Below are positions 25,306 through 34,611 of a stretch of 54,565 nucleotides of DNA, piece by piece. Under the pieces are notes generated by a model. The model made no database searches and was not told the origin of the DNA. It saw only the letters and a program-made list of their open reading frames with translations. Made by a program: the position numbers and the translations under genes. Within the stretch, counting starts at the first letter, position 1. Each line of letters starts with the position of its first letter. This DNA comes from an uncultured Clostridia bacterium (GTDB lineage: Bacteria; Bacillota; Clostridia; Christensenellales; CAG-917): positions 1 through 54,565 of the forward strand of contig CAMVBZ010000002.1 in assembly GCA_947165815.1 (NCBI GenBank). Reading direction: 5' to 3'.

Positions 25306-25881
25306 ATGGCAGACGAATATACACTTCCACCAGAGGAAAACAATTCTTCAGCAGCCGCTAGAAAAGATCTTTTAATTTTCTGGCTCAGGATGTTTGGATG
25401 GGTAGCATCGGCTGTTGTTGCTCCTATTACTGTATTCTCCATTAAGTTTGGGCTATTCACAGAGTACGGTTACAAAGTCACAACAGATGACCTTGGTAAC
25501 GTTACAGGAATGAGAGTAGCTCTTAATGGATGGGGTATTGTTTCCATTGTCTTAGTCGCGTTTGCAGTCTTCTCCGTTTTGCACGAAGTCATAGATGCTT
25601 ACTCTAAAAAATATTCTTACGCAAAACAAATCCTTCTTGGATTGAAAAATAAAATTTTACCTATTGCTGTTGCTTTAGGTATTTGCTATTTCTTGAAAGG
25701 TGTTGTTGACCAAATTATATTCTGTCTATTTACAATCGGCATTTCACAACTGGCAGCAACATGTTTAAATCCTTTACCAAAATGGAAATCCGAAAAGAAG
25801 GGTGAAGAAGACTACTCCGACTTACTTTCAATGGTACCTAAGTACTTGAAAGCAAAGATGAAAAAGGAGGGAATTAAGTAA
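25306..25881 (+). CDS. Polytopic membrane protein (191 aa, about 4-5 TM helices)
   Basis: Hydrophobic segments are visible by eye. AAAGGAG RBS. The stop overlaps the next start (TAATG). Confidence 0.75.
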   Translation: MADEYTLPPEENNSSAAARKDLLIFWLRMFGWVASAVVAPITVFSIKFGLFTEYGYKVTTDDLGNVTGMRVALNGWGIVSIVLVAFAVFSVLHEVIDAYSKKYSYAKQILLGLKNKILPIAVALGICYFLKGVVDQIIFCLFTIGISQLAATCLNPLPKWKSEKKGEEDYSDLLSMVPKYLKAKMKKEGIK

Positions 25882-26855
25882 TGGCTTATATAACATTAAC
25901 TGCTGGTGCCATTGCCGCTATCATTGCAGCATTAGCTGCTGCAGGTGGGACAGCCACTGGTGTACAAGTTGGAAACGCTAATGCTTCAGCATCTAGTAAT
26001 AAAGCGTTAGCAAACTATTTACGTCAAAGCCATCCAGAGCTTTCTCAATCTCAAATAGAGGCATTAGTTGCTCAATATGGTGATGATGGTTTTAATTTAT
26101 TTAATGCAAACACCTGGACAGATAAAACTGACAGAGCCGGCTTAGAGAAAATGTTAGATGACATAAATAATGCCTATAATGATTTAGGCACTATGCCTGA
26201 ATTTTTATCTTTAGATGAGCTCACTAACATTGAAAACCAAGCTCGTGGAGAAATAGATGCTGAAAATCGACAAATCCTAGATTTATACGATCAAGCAGCT
26301 GGTAATGTAAATAATTTATTACAGCAACAATTTGACGAAAATAATCAAATGTTCGCTGATTATAGAAATCAAGCATTAACGAACGAAGCAATGCAACAAC
26401 AAGCTATTGCTGGTTCTACTCGTTATGAATTAGATCGTTCAAAACGTAATGCTATTATACGTGGGGCTAGTGCTGCCCAACGTTTGGTTGCTAACATTAA
26501 TACACAACTTGGAATGCAAGCAAAATCTGCACAGCAATCTCTAGACACATCCAATGCCCTTGCACAACAACTCCTTGCTCATAGACAAGCACAATCCAGT
26601 TTACGTCAAGATTATATGAATAATATGAATCAAAACCTTATGAATCGTGCTAACCTATTAAAAGGTGGTGCTGAACGTAAGTTAAGTTACGCTCAATCTC
26701 AAATGGATCATACATTGAATAGAAACCAATACGCTAGAGATGCCTGGAACAATCGTGTCAATGATTACTTCCAAGGTAATTCCTTAGGTGAAGGTATCTA
26801 TAGAAATAGATATGGCAGTGCTGCAAATAGAAATAATAACAACAATAGTTATTAA
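25881..26855 (+). CDS. Q/N-rich protein with an N-terminal hydrophobic Ala/Gly helix (324 aa)
   Basis: MAYITLTAGAIAAIIAALAAAGG, then long Q/N/A-rich helical sequence ending in ...NRNNNNNSY. Confidence 0.75.
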   Translation: MAYITLTAGAIAAIIAALAAAGGTATGVQVGNANASASSNKALANYLRQSHPELSQSQIEALVAQYGDDGFNLFNANTWTDKTDRAGLEKMLDDINNAYNDLGTMPEFLSLDELTNIENQARGEIDAENRQILDLYDQAAGNVNNLLQQQFDENNQMFADYRNQALTNEAMQQQAIAGSTRYELDRSKRNAIIRGASAAQRLVANINTQLGMQAKSAQQSLDTSNALAQQLLAHRQAQSSLRQDYMNNMNQNLMNRANLLKGGAERKLSYAQSQMDHTLNRNQYARDAWNNRVNDYFQGNSLGEGIYRNRYGSAANRNNNNNSY

Positions 26856-26869
26856 TAGGAGGAAATAGT

Positions 26870-27649
26870 ATGTATTACGATGATCTACTTCAAGAATTAA
26901 TGGCTGACAACTACTCTAGACAAGAAGCTATTAATATGATTAATACAGGTATGATTGGAGCCTCAAGTCTTAGTCCATCAGGCGGTGCAACTCCTGGAGT
27001 AAATCCTGGAGCATTGTCTGGTGTTAGAGCTTTCTTTAGTAAGTACTTTAATAAACCTGGAAGTAAAGAACCTTTATTTAAAGGTAGTGTTTCTTTACCA
27101 AGCTTAAAAGGACTTAGAGAACAACCTGTCTGGCAAGACGGCCCATCAGTTGGTGGTGTTGCAAGAACCGGTATGGGACTCTATCAAGGTGCTAAAGCCT
27201 TTAAAGGTCTTACTGAAAATGCTGGTAAAGACAGCGACTACAATTCCTTAAAGAATGACATTAATTTATCTATTGCCTCAAACCCAATGTACGATATGTA
27301 TCTAGACGCTGCTGATGAAAAACGTCTTCGTCAGATGCGTAATGGCAGCCTCAATAACGGTATGAATGGTGCGTTAGAAGGTGGTATGAAAGGCATTCCT
27401 CAAGCCCTATTGTCCGCTTTAATTGGTGGTGTTGTAGGTGGTGGTGCAGGTGCTGCTATCAATGGTATTGGTAGTTTAGTCAACTCTGGTATCCAAGGAT
27501 ATGGTAATTCTATGGACAAAGCCACAGGTGAACTTCAAGGTCTTTACAGTAAATTAAGACAAGCCGATTCCGAATACAAGACAATGAAGCGTCCTACTGG
27601 TTTAGGTAGAGCTGGTCTTTCCACACACTACTTCAATCAACTTTACTAG
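26870..27649 (+). CDS. Glycine-rich (glycine-zipper-like) protein (259 aa)
   Basis: LLSALIGGVVGGGAGAAINGIGSLVNSGIQGYG. AGGAGGA RBS. Confidence 0.75.
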   Translation: MYYDDLLQELMADNYSRQEAINMINTGMIGASSLSPSGGATPGVNPGALSGVRAFFSKYFNKPGSKEPLFKGSVSLPSLKGLREQPVWQDGPSVGGVARTGMGLYQGAKAFKGLTENAGKDSDYNSLKNDINLSIASNPMYDMYLDAADEKRLRQMRNGSLNNGMNGALEGGMKGIPQALLSALIGGVVGGGAGAAINGIGSLVNSGIQGYGNSMDKATGELQGLYSKLRQADSEYKTMKRPTGLGRAGLSTHYFNQLY

Positions 27650-27662
27650 GAGGGGATAGATT

Positions 27663-28160
27663 ATGGCAAAAATGATTAACGATTTATTCCAAAAGCTAAT
27701 GAGAAGTCCTTTCGGTATGGCAGCCTCTGAACAAATGTTCAATGCAGGGTCAGACAATTCAAGAGCTGATTTCCTAGCCAAGTACCCTGGCCCTGATGCA
27801 GATAAAGCTATTGGTGATATGAAAGACTACAATCCATTTGCTAGTGCAATGCAAGACTCAAATATTGGCCCGTCTGCTTTAGGATCATTAGCTTTAAATG
27901 CTGCAAAAGAACATCCATTTAAAACTGCTGGTCTTGTCGGTTTAGGTGCTGGCAATATTGGTGGTTTAATGGATAATAACAAATTCGGTGGTCAGTTAAG
28001 TGGTCTAGCCCTTGGTGGTTTAGGTTCTTATCTAATGGGAGCCAGTCCATACACTGCTGCAATAATGACAATGGGTGGTGGTGAGCTCGGTGCACTTTTT
28101 GACAAATTACGTGCAAAGAAAGAACAAGAACAAACTCAACCTTATTATGGAGGTAGATAA
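27663..28160 (+). CDS. Glycine-zipper-like protein (165 aa)
   Basis: GLVGLGAGNIGGLMDNNKFGGQLSGLALGGLGSYLMGASPYTAAIMTMGGGELGALF. AGGAGGG RBS. Confidence 0.75.
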   Translation: MAKMINDLFQKLMRSPFGMAASEQMFNAGSDNSRADFLAKYPGPDADKAIGDMKDYNPFASAMQDSNIGPSALGSLALNAAKEHPFKTAGLVGLGAGNIGGLMDNNKFGGQLSGLALGGLGSYLMGASPYTAAIMTMGGGELGALFDKLRAKKEQEQTQPYYGGR

Positions 28161-28162
28161 CC

Positions 28163-28732
28163 ATGGCAATTAATCCAATGTTATTAATGCAAGCATTACG
28201 AATGGCTCCACAACTTATGGGAGCTTTAAAATATGCTCTCGGTGGATACTCTCCTAACCCTAACGGTGTTGATACTTCTATTGAAGAAGCTATCAATAGA
28301 AACTATGACCCTAAACTTTTAGAAGACAAGTTCACATACAAAACGTATTTACAAGATTATCCAGATAACATAGCGTTACGCCAGTTAAATGATGAATATA
28401 GTAAATACATAAATAACTCTGATTTTACAAATACTGCACAAGGCTTTCCATCAGATTGGGCAGACAATTCAGATCTAGCCAACCTAGCCGATCGTATGTT
28501 AGGTAATCCTAATATTGTAGACACACCTGCTTTAACATCTGCGGCTGTAATGCTCAATAATGGATTATTAACAGATGATCCTCCAATTCCTGGTGAAGAA
28601 CCTCCTCATCCAACAGGTAGCCCAACATTTGCTAGTCATCTAGGTGAACTCTTACACGATACAGATGGCAGCCAAGATGAAGATGCCCGTAAGGCTTACC
28701 TAGAATGGTTTAGAACACACGGTTATAAATAA
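28163..28732 (+). CDS. Hypothetical protein (189 aa)
   Basis: ORF track. GGAGG RBS. It is the last gene before a strong terminator. Confidence 0.75.
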   Translation: MAINPMLLMQALRMAPQLMGALKYALGGYSPNPNGVDTSIEEAINRNYDPKLLEDKFTYKTYLQDYPDNIALRQLNDEYSKYINNSDFTNTAQGFPSDWADNSDLANLADRMLGNPNIVDTPALTSAAVMLNNGLLTDDPPIPGEEPPHPTGSPTFASHLGELLHDTDGSQDEDARKAYLEWFRTHGYK

Positions 28733-28761
28733 GACCTATTCCTTAGGTCTTTTTCTTTTTT
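28731..28761 (+). terminator. Rho-independent terminator
   Basis: AAGACCTA-ttcct-TAGGTCTT perfect 8-bp stem followed by TTTCTTTTTT. Confidence 0.85.
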
Positions 28762-28779
28762 AACAGTTATTGTATAATA
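28756..28779 (+). promoter_or_regulatory. Promoter-like conserved motif TTTTTTAACAGTTATTGTATAATA (second copy)
   Basis: TATAAT at 28773-28778 with TG adjacent. Lies 20 nt upstream of ATG 28799. 21 of 24 bases match 22841-22864. Confidence 0.45.
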
Positions 28780-28798
28780 AGCCCAGAGGTATCTGCTT

Positions 28799-29068
28799 AT
28801 GAATCCATTATTAAAAAGTCTATTTGCTACACTTAGTAGTATGTCATATCCAGAACAAATGAGAGTATCACAAGCATACACTGATTTAACTGACCCTTAT
28901 GACGCTTATCCAGATGCTTTAGAAATGGGACTTTTTGACCCTATAAGAAATCCAAATGAGGATATTATAGGAGGATTGCAACGTGAAAGAGAACATCTCG
29001 GTGATGACGATTACTTTGGAGAACTCTTAAGACAAGCAATTAATTCAAGAAATAAATATGGTAATTAG
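28799..29068 (+). CDS. Hypothetical protein (89 aa)
   Basis: ORF track. It is the first gene of the last late transcription unit. Confidence 0.7.
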   Translation: MNPLLKSLFATLSSMSYPEQMRVSQAYTDLTDPYDAYPDALEMGLFDPIRNPNEDIIGGLQREREHLGDDDYFGELLRQAINSRNKYGN

Positions 29069-29076
29069 GATTAAAT

Positions 29077-32000
29077 ATGGCAATCGGTAAATTTTTAGCT
29101 CCATTAAATGGACAAATGATACAACAACAAGTTAATAAGCCATACGTGGATGACATTTTTGATCCACTCTTTAATGCTGAAGTTACCAATTACTATAGAA
29201 AACTATATGGCCCACTGGGTGGAATTGGTGCCGGGTACGCATCTATGCTCGAAAATGCACTAACAGGCAGAAAAGGTATTCTTGGCCCAGGAATGGGAAT
29301 CCTTTCCACTTTCGGGCGTTCAATGGATAAGGCAGATGATTTCATACTTGGTGGTTTGACAGAAGGTGTCAACGCTTTAGGACAAGTCACTGGTGGAACA
29401 AACGAAGCTCCACAAAATCCTTTCCGTAGAATATTTGTAGATGACTATGATTACCAAGGTACAAAGTTAATGGCAGCCGCAGGCAATGCAATGGCAAAAC
29501 TTGCAGGTGTTAATACTCCATTAACTGAACAAGACTTTACCACAATGGGTGATAAAATTGCTGGTATGTCTTTAGATCTCGCCACCGACCCTGGTATTAT
29601 GGGTGGGCAATTAGCCAGACTTAACAAAGGTACGCCAGTTGGTCAAGTTGGACAGATTTTGAACACTTATGATGATGTCGTTGCTAATGTTGCAGGTAAT
29701 ATGGCATTCCCAGGTGGTAAAGCATTAATTGGTAAAGGGCTAACACGAATCCGTGATTTCCTAGGTGGAGCAAGCTCTACCTCTCCCATCGATATGGTGA
29801 CCAAACATGAAAAAACACCAATCATTGACTTTGATTCTGGTATCACATCCTATTCTGACCTTAACCCAGACACTCTAACAACCTTAAAGAAAATGTCTGA
29901 TGACATTACCTCAGACATTAACCCAATAGATGACCCAGAACTTTATGCCATCAAAGAAGAAATTGATGGTATGACTGGCTACCTTAATCCAAGTGAACTT
30001 GCTAAATATCAACAAGATTTAGCAGCTTTTAATACTGTTCAAGCAGAGAAACTTGCTGCTAAAAATGAAGCAGTACAACGTATTATAGATACTGCTAAAA
30101 AACAACGTGAAGACATTCTTAAATCTAGTTTTGAAGGTATGGAAAAACACTCTGCAGACTTCCAAAAAGGAATGCTTAACGGTGTTGATGACAATCCTGA
30201 AGTCGGTTTTAAACAATTTGATTTTGACTGGGATGTTCAAGAATACGAAAGAAACCATCCAGAACTTTCTCCTGAAGAAATACTCAATTATAAAAATAAA
30301 ATCCGTGACAATTACGTTGTTCGTTTAAATGACTTAGACGAAGACGATTTAAGCAACTTTGTAGCAGAACATTTTGCTGAAAACGGGCAAACTGATTATT
30401 ATGGAAATCCATTACCTTTAGGACAATTTTATGAAGATGTAATGTATCGTATGGAAAATGATGGTATTGAAGAAGCTCGTAATATGGTTCTAAATAAGTT
30501 AAGCCCAACAACTAGAAATCTTTCTAAAAGTAATTTTACCTTTGCTCCAAATAGAATGGGTTTCCAAAGTGGCATTGCTAAAGATAGCCTAGACGTTATC
30601 AACTACCATTTTGAAGACTTTTTAAGAAAACATCCTAAAGGACTCTATACTACTTACCTTAAAAAAGAACTTGGTGTCGATTATGTTCCAAATGATGTCT
30701 TTGAAAACCTAGTAAAATACAGCAGAGGTAAGCTTACTAACTCAAAAGGTATTGTTACAGGTGCTAAATTCCAAGAGTTATTAGATAGCCTATACTCTAG
30801 AAAATTAGATTTAGAAGATGAGTTCAGTGGAATCTCTCAAGAAATCAGTGATAAAAGTCACAGTTTCATTCCTTGGATCAGAGAGAATGCCGGTATATTA
30901 AGCAAAACAAAACTAGGTGAAGACCTAATTGACTTAGCAGATAACCTAGAAAAGGATGTTTTTGACAACAACCTATATGAAATGGCTTCCAAAAATTTAA
31001 GTACAGAAGACGTTTCTTATGATTCCGTTATTAATCCTGCACGTTTAATGAATCAGTATTTGTCAAAAGAAAACTTTACTCCTGAAGAACTTGCACAATA
31101 TGCGAAAGATTTCCCATACTTAGACTTAAAAGTTTCCCAAGAGTATATTAAAGACTCTCCTGAATATGCAGACTATATTTATGCCCGTAACTACTACAAT
31201 GAACAACTTGCAACTATGAGAAAAGATCCAACGTTCTTTAAAGATAAAATTGCAGAAGTTCAGAAGGAACTGGCTAACTTAAAACGAGCTCCTACAGACT
31301 TGGAAAAACAACTGGAGCAATATTATATTCCAGCAAAGAAAGAATACTGGAAAAAGCTCCGTGGAAGCCCTTACGCCTATGATTACACAAACTTAACACC
31401 ATCAAATATTTATGATGCTGCTAAAAAGGTAATGGTTGCCCCAAAACCAAAGGATTATTCCAAGATTGCTGAAGGGCTCGCCACCTTTAAACCTGATGCT
31501 TTCTCTAAAGAAATCACCAGTAATTTGTCATTCCAAGATAATATCGCATTAGACACTTATGAAAAGGTATTTGGCCAATTCAAAATGGACTGGGACTTAC
31601 CAGGAGATATGCCTTATTATAGTTTAGAACCTTATATTAAAAGGTTTGCAGATAAGCCAACAAAGACATTGTTCCAACAATGGAGTGCTGCTATGCAATC
31701 CAAAGTTAAGAATAAACTTAAGACCACACATGGAGCTTTACATGTTGACATTGTTAAAAAGTCAAAAGCTCATGTGGATGCTATAAAGGATAGTGGTAAG
31801 TATTCTATTGAACAAATTGAAGAATACATTTCCAGAAAAGACCTCGCAGCAGGAGTAACCATCTCTGGTGATAATTTCCTAGAGAGTATTTGGGCTTCTC
31901 AAGGTTTTAAGGAATTTCCTGTTCCTAAAAATATGACCCAAGCACAAGCCGATATGGTTGCTGCGGCTCTTAAACAAAATGTTGATGCTGTTAATAAAAA

Positions 32001-34335
32001 CGGTAACATTCTTAAATTCATCGATGTGACGGGTGAAGACAAAGTTAGAAGAATTGCCGTTGCCTTTGATATTGACAACCTAAATATTAAGAAAGACTTA
32101 AATAAAATTTATAGCCTATTTGGTAAAAAAGATTTAGGTTTAAAAGATGTTGTCTTAAGAGGCAAAGCTCTATCAAAGACAGCCTGGGACTCTACAGAGC
32201 TTGATGATGTTTTTAACGAAATTCGTCAAGGAACTGAAGAACTGGGTACTAAACTTGGCTTTAACAAGTTTGATCCAGACTACATTGCTCATGTTAGAAT
32301 CGAAAATAAAGATGTGGGTGATGCTTTCTCTGAAATCTATAAGACCTTAGGACTTGATAAAAAGAAACTAGAACAGGTATGTGATGCTTTACAACAACAA
32401 GACATTGCCTCAGGGAAACTGGCATTCGGGGCAATCCCAATGGAACGCAGTCACCTCGGTTACTTTGGACAATATAAAACAAAGTTTGGAGCAAGTATGT
32501 TCAGCACAGACCTTTCCAAGATCCACTCTGACGCATTTACTCAAGGGATGTTTGAAAATTCCAATGCTCAAACATTTTTCGATTTATTTGTCAGTGACAA
32601 CTTTAAAATCAAAAACAACTTCGATGATGTTGCTACCTTAAAGAAGGCTCTTAACCTTACAGAAGGTAACCTTAATAACTTATCTATAGTTAAACCAAGA
32701 TATAGTGATACAGGTAAACTTATCGGATTCACTAAATACGACAAATTCAGTGATGCAGCCCTTGCAAAGGCTTTTGCTGACCAAGATGCCATCCTAGTTC
32801 CTGATGCTGTAATAGGTTCTTTAGACAGAATGTGCAAAAAAGATGCACGTATGTCAAATAAAGTTTACGCCTTCATTAACAAGTACCTTACAGTCCCGTT
32901 CAAGTTTGGTACTCTAGCCAATCCTGGATTCCTTGCAGGTAACATCCAAGATGCTTACTTTAAGCAAGCCACTGAATTAGCCAAAAAGTATGGCACAACA
33001 GTTAGTGATGAGCTCACCAACGTGGCATTCTCAATGCGTCAAGTGACCCAACTCAATAACAATTTCAGTGACATCTTTGATGAATACAAACAATGGTTAA
33101 AAGACACTGACCTCTCCACTATCACCAGAAGTGATAGACCAGTGGACTGGTATCTTAACACATTCAAGAAATCCAAGAATACTGTAGATACTTTAACGAT
33201 TGACCAAATCGTTTCCAATCCAGAAATGTATGGAGCTTTTAAACAATACATCAGTCTTCACGTTCCTGCAGAGAAACAAAAAATGGCCAACCTATATCTC
33301 TACTTAAATAACAATCAAACCTCAACATTATTTAAGAATAACAATAGGGATTTAGAAAACGTTACAGACCTCATTACAGATAACCCATACGCTGTTCCAA
33401 ACAATATCTTTGAACGTATTATGTATGGTGACCCGTCAAAAATGAAAGTTGTTAACATTAATGGACAATTACGCCAAGTCCAAGATAGAGGATTCAACTC
33501 CTGGGGCTTGTTCTTAAATAATCCAGTTAGCAATAGAATTTTGAAAACATCAAATACGATCGAAAACTGGATGCGTTCCGCCACAATCTTAAATGATCTA
33601 CAACACCAAGGATACACAGTTGAAGATATTTGTGAAATCCTAGGTACTGATAAAACTGCTGAAAAAGCATTGCGTGCTAAATTCAACATGTCAATGAACG
33701 AAGCTCTTAATACAATGTATGCTGCTAACTTTGACTATGATAATGTTAGTGAGGTTATGAACAAAGCTTCTTACATCCTTCCATTCCCAACATTCTACTT
33801 AAAGAACTTGGCATTCTGGGCAGATATATTCACCAACAAACCACAATATATCGACAACGTGCTCAGTGTTCACGAAAATTTATGGGCAGGAAAAGATACC
33901 TCCAAAGATGAATTTACCGCGGAAGCCAAAGGTAGAGGTGCCGTCCCAATCGGACAACAAAATAAACATTTGACAGGTATTGTTAAACAAACACCTTACA
34001 ACTCAATGTTCGGTGCATTCAATGCAATTAATAACTTCAAAGAAGACTTTGCTTACAGAACCAATCCAGCGTTGCGTCCAATCGCTCGCCACCTTCAAAA
34101 GCCAGAAGATGTGAAATACCGTCCGTATAACACACAACAATTCCAAAAGAATATTAAACAAGGTGATAAAGATTTCTCTGAGTTAGCGTATATGTTCCAT
34201 CAACTTAACCCATACGAAAGATTTATTAACACCGGTTTAAGAACGCCAGGCAAAGTCGCAAATAATACATACCAAATGAGTGACTTCTTGCCAAGTATGT
34301 TCCAGCCAGATTTCAGCAAGAAGTCATCTAAATAA
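29077..34335 (+). CDS. Giant virion protein (1752 aa); candidate internal/ejection protein
   Basis: Uninterrupted 5.3-kb ORF at the end of the structural arm, after the membrane and glycine-rich genes. Gly-rich N-terminus (GPLGGIGAGYASM...GILGPGMGIL). No catalytic motif recognised by eye. Confidence 0.8.
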   Translation: MAIGKFLAPLNGQMIQQQVNKPYVDDIFDPLFNAEVTNYYRKLYGPLGGIGAGYASMLENALTGRKGILGPGMGILSTFGRSMDKADDFILGGLTEGVNALGQVTGGTNEAPQNPFRRIFVDDYDYQGTKLMAAAGNAMAKLAGVNTPLTEQDFTTMGDKIAGMSLDLATDPGIMGGQLARLNKGTPVGQVGQILNTYDDVVANVAGNMAFPGGKALIGKGLTRIRDFLGGASSTSPIDMVTKHEKTPIIDFDSGITSYSDLNPDTLTTLKKMSDDITSDINPIDDPELYAIKEEIDGMTGYLNPSELAKYQQDLAAFNTVQAEKLAAKNEAVQRIIDTAKKQREDILKSSFEGMEKHSADFQKGMLNGVDDNPEVGFKQFDFDWDVQEYERNHPELSPEEILNYKNKIRDNYVVRLNDLDEDDLSNFVAEHFAENGQTDYYGNPLPLGQFYEDVMYRMENDGIEEARNMVLNKLSPTTRNLSKSNFTFAPNRMGFQSGIAKDSLDVINYHFEDFLRKHPKGLYTTYLKKELGVDYVPNDVFENLVKYSRGKLTNSKGIVTGAKFQELLDSLYSRKLDLEDEFSGISQEISDKSHSFIPWIRENAGILSKTKLGEDLIDLADNLEKDVFDNNLYEMASKNLSTEDVSYDSVINPARLMNQYLSKENFTPEELAQYAKDFPYLDLKVSQEYIKDSPEYADYIYARNYYNEQLATMRKDPTFFKDKIAEVQKELANLKRAPTDLEKQLEQYYIPAKKEYWKKLRGSPYAYDYTNLTPSNIYDAAKKVMVAPKPKDYSKIAEGLATFKPDAFSKEITSNLSFQDNIALDTYEKVFGQFKMDWDLPGDMPYYSLEPYIKRFADKPTKTLFQQWSAAMQSKVKNKLKTTHGALHVDIVKKSKAHVDAIKDSGKYSIEQIEEYISRKDLAAGVTISGDNFLESIWASQGFKEFPVPKNMTQAQADMVAAALKQNVDAVNKNGNILKFIDVTGEDKVRRIAVAFDIDNLNIKKDLNKIYSLFGKKDLGLKDVVLRGKALSKTAWDSTELDDVFNEIRQGTEELGTKLGFNKFDPDYIAHVRIENKDVGDAFSEIYKTLGLDKKKLEQVCDALQQQDIASGKLAFGAIPMERSHLGYFGQYKTKFGASMFSTDLSKIHSDAFTQGMFENSNAQTFFDLFVSDNFKIKNNFDDVATLKKALNLTEGNLNNLSIVKPRYSDTGKLIGFTKYDKFSDAALAKAFADQDAILVPDAVIGSLDRMCKKDARMSNKVYAFINKYLTVPFKFGTLANPGFLAGNIQDAYFKQATELAKKYGTTVSDELTNVAFSMRQVTQLNNNFSDIFDEYKQWLKDTDLSTITRSDRPVDWYLNTFKKSKNTVDTLTIDQIVSNPEMYGAFKQYISLHVPAEKQKMANLYLYLNNNQTSTLFKNNNRDLENVTDLITDNPYAVPNNIFERIMYGDPSKMKVVNINGQLRQVQDRGFNSWGLFLNNPVSNRILKTSNTIENWMRSATILNDLQHQGYTVEDICEILGTDKTAEKALRAKFNMSMNEALNTMYAANFDYDNVSEVMNKASYILPFPTFYLKNLAFWADIFTNKPQYIDNVLSVHENLWAGKDTSKDEFTAEAKGRGAVPIGQQNKHLTGIVKQTPYNSMFGAFNAINNFKEDFAYRTNPALRPIARHLQKPEDVKYRPYNTQQFQKNIKQGDKDFSELAYMFHQLNPYERFINTGLRTPGKVANNTYQMSDFLPSMFQPDFSKKSSK

Positions 34336-34370
34336 AAAAAAAAGAGCAAGCTATTACACTTGCTCTTTTT
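34334..34370. terminator. Bidirectional rho-independent terminator at the convergence of the two arms
   Basis: A-run, then AAAGAGCAAG-ctattaca-CTTGCTCTTT, then T-run. It reads as a terminator on both strands. Confidence 0.85.
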
Positions 34371-34380
34371 AGCTGTAGCT

Positions 34381-34423
34381 ACCTCCCTGCTGGCTTATAT
34401 ACCTCGTCCAGGGATTCGGAGGT
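34381..34423 (-). other. Extra stem-loop immediately after the last leftward gene
   Basis: ACCTCC/GGAGGT and CCCTG/CAGGG stems enclose a 19-nt loop. Starts 1 nt after the stop at 34424. Confidence 0.4.
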
Positions 34424-34609
34424 TTAGTCTTTGTATAGTTTAGCTACAATAATTATTACGTCTTTATAAAATTGCATAACACTTTTATCTATGACTTGTT
34501 TTGCACACCATTCTCTACGTAATTGTTCTTTATACTCTTTAATAGCAATAAAGAACCAAATCATAAACTGAATAGCAAAATGTAATTTAAAGATTTCATA
34601 AATATCCAT
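34424..34609 (-). CDS. Small hydrophobic protein (61 aa)
   Basis: ORF track. One TM-like segment, FAIQFMIWFFIAI. Confidence 0.6.
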   Translation of the reverse strand: MDIYEIFKLHFAIQFMIWFFIAIKEYKEQLRREWCAKQVIDKSVMQFYKDVIIIVAKLYKD

Positions 34610-34611
34610 AG

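Noticed and set aside
30220-30240. DFDWD (DxDxD) motif in the 1752-aa protein as a possible catalytic loop of a virion-packaged RNA polymerase (crAss-like gp66/YonO/QDE-1 type)
   Set aside because: It is a single short motif in a charged, apparently helical context. The hydrophobic beta-strand flanks expected of a double-psi beta-barrel are absent, and no second barrel signature was seen. That is insufficient evidence, but structure prediction could test it.
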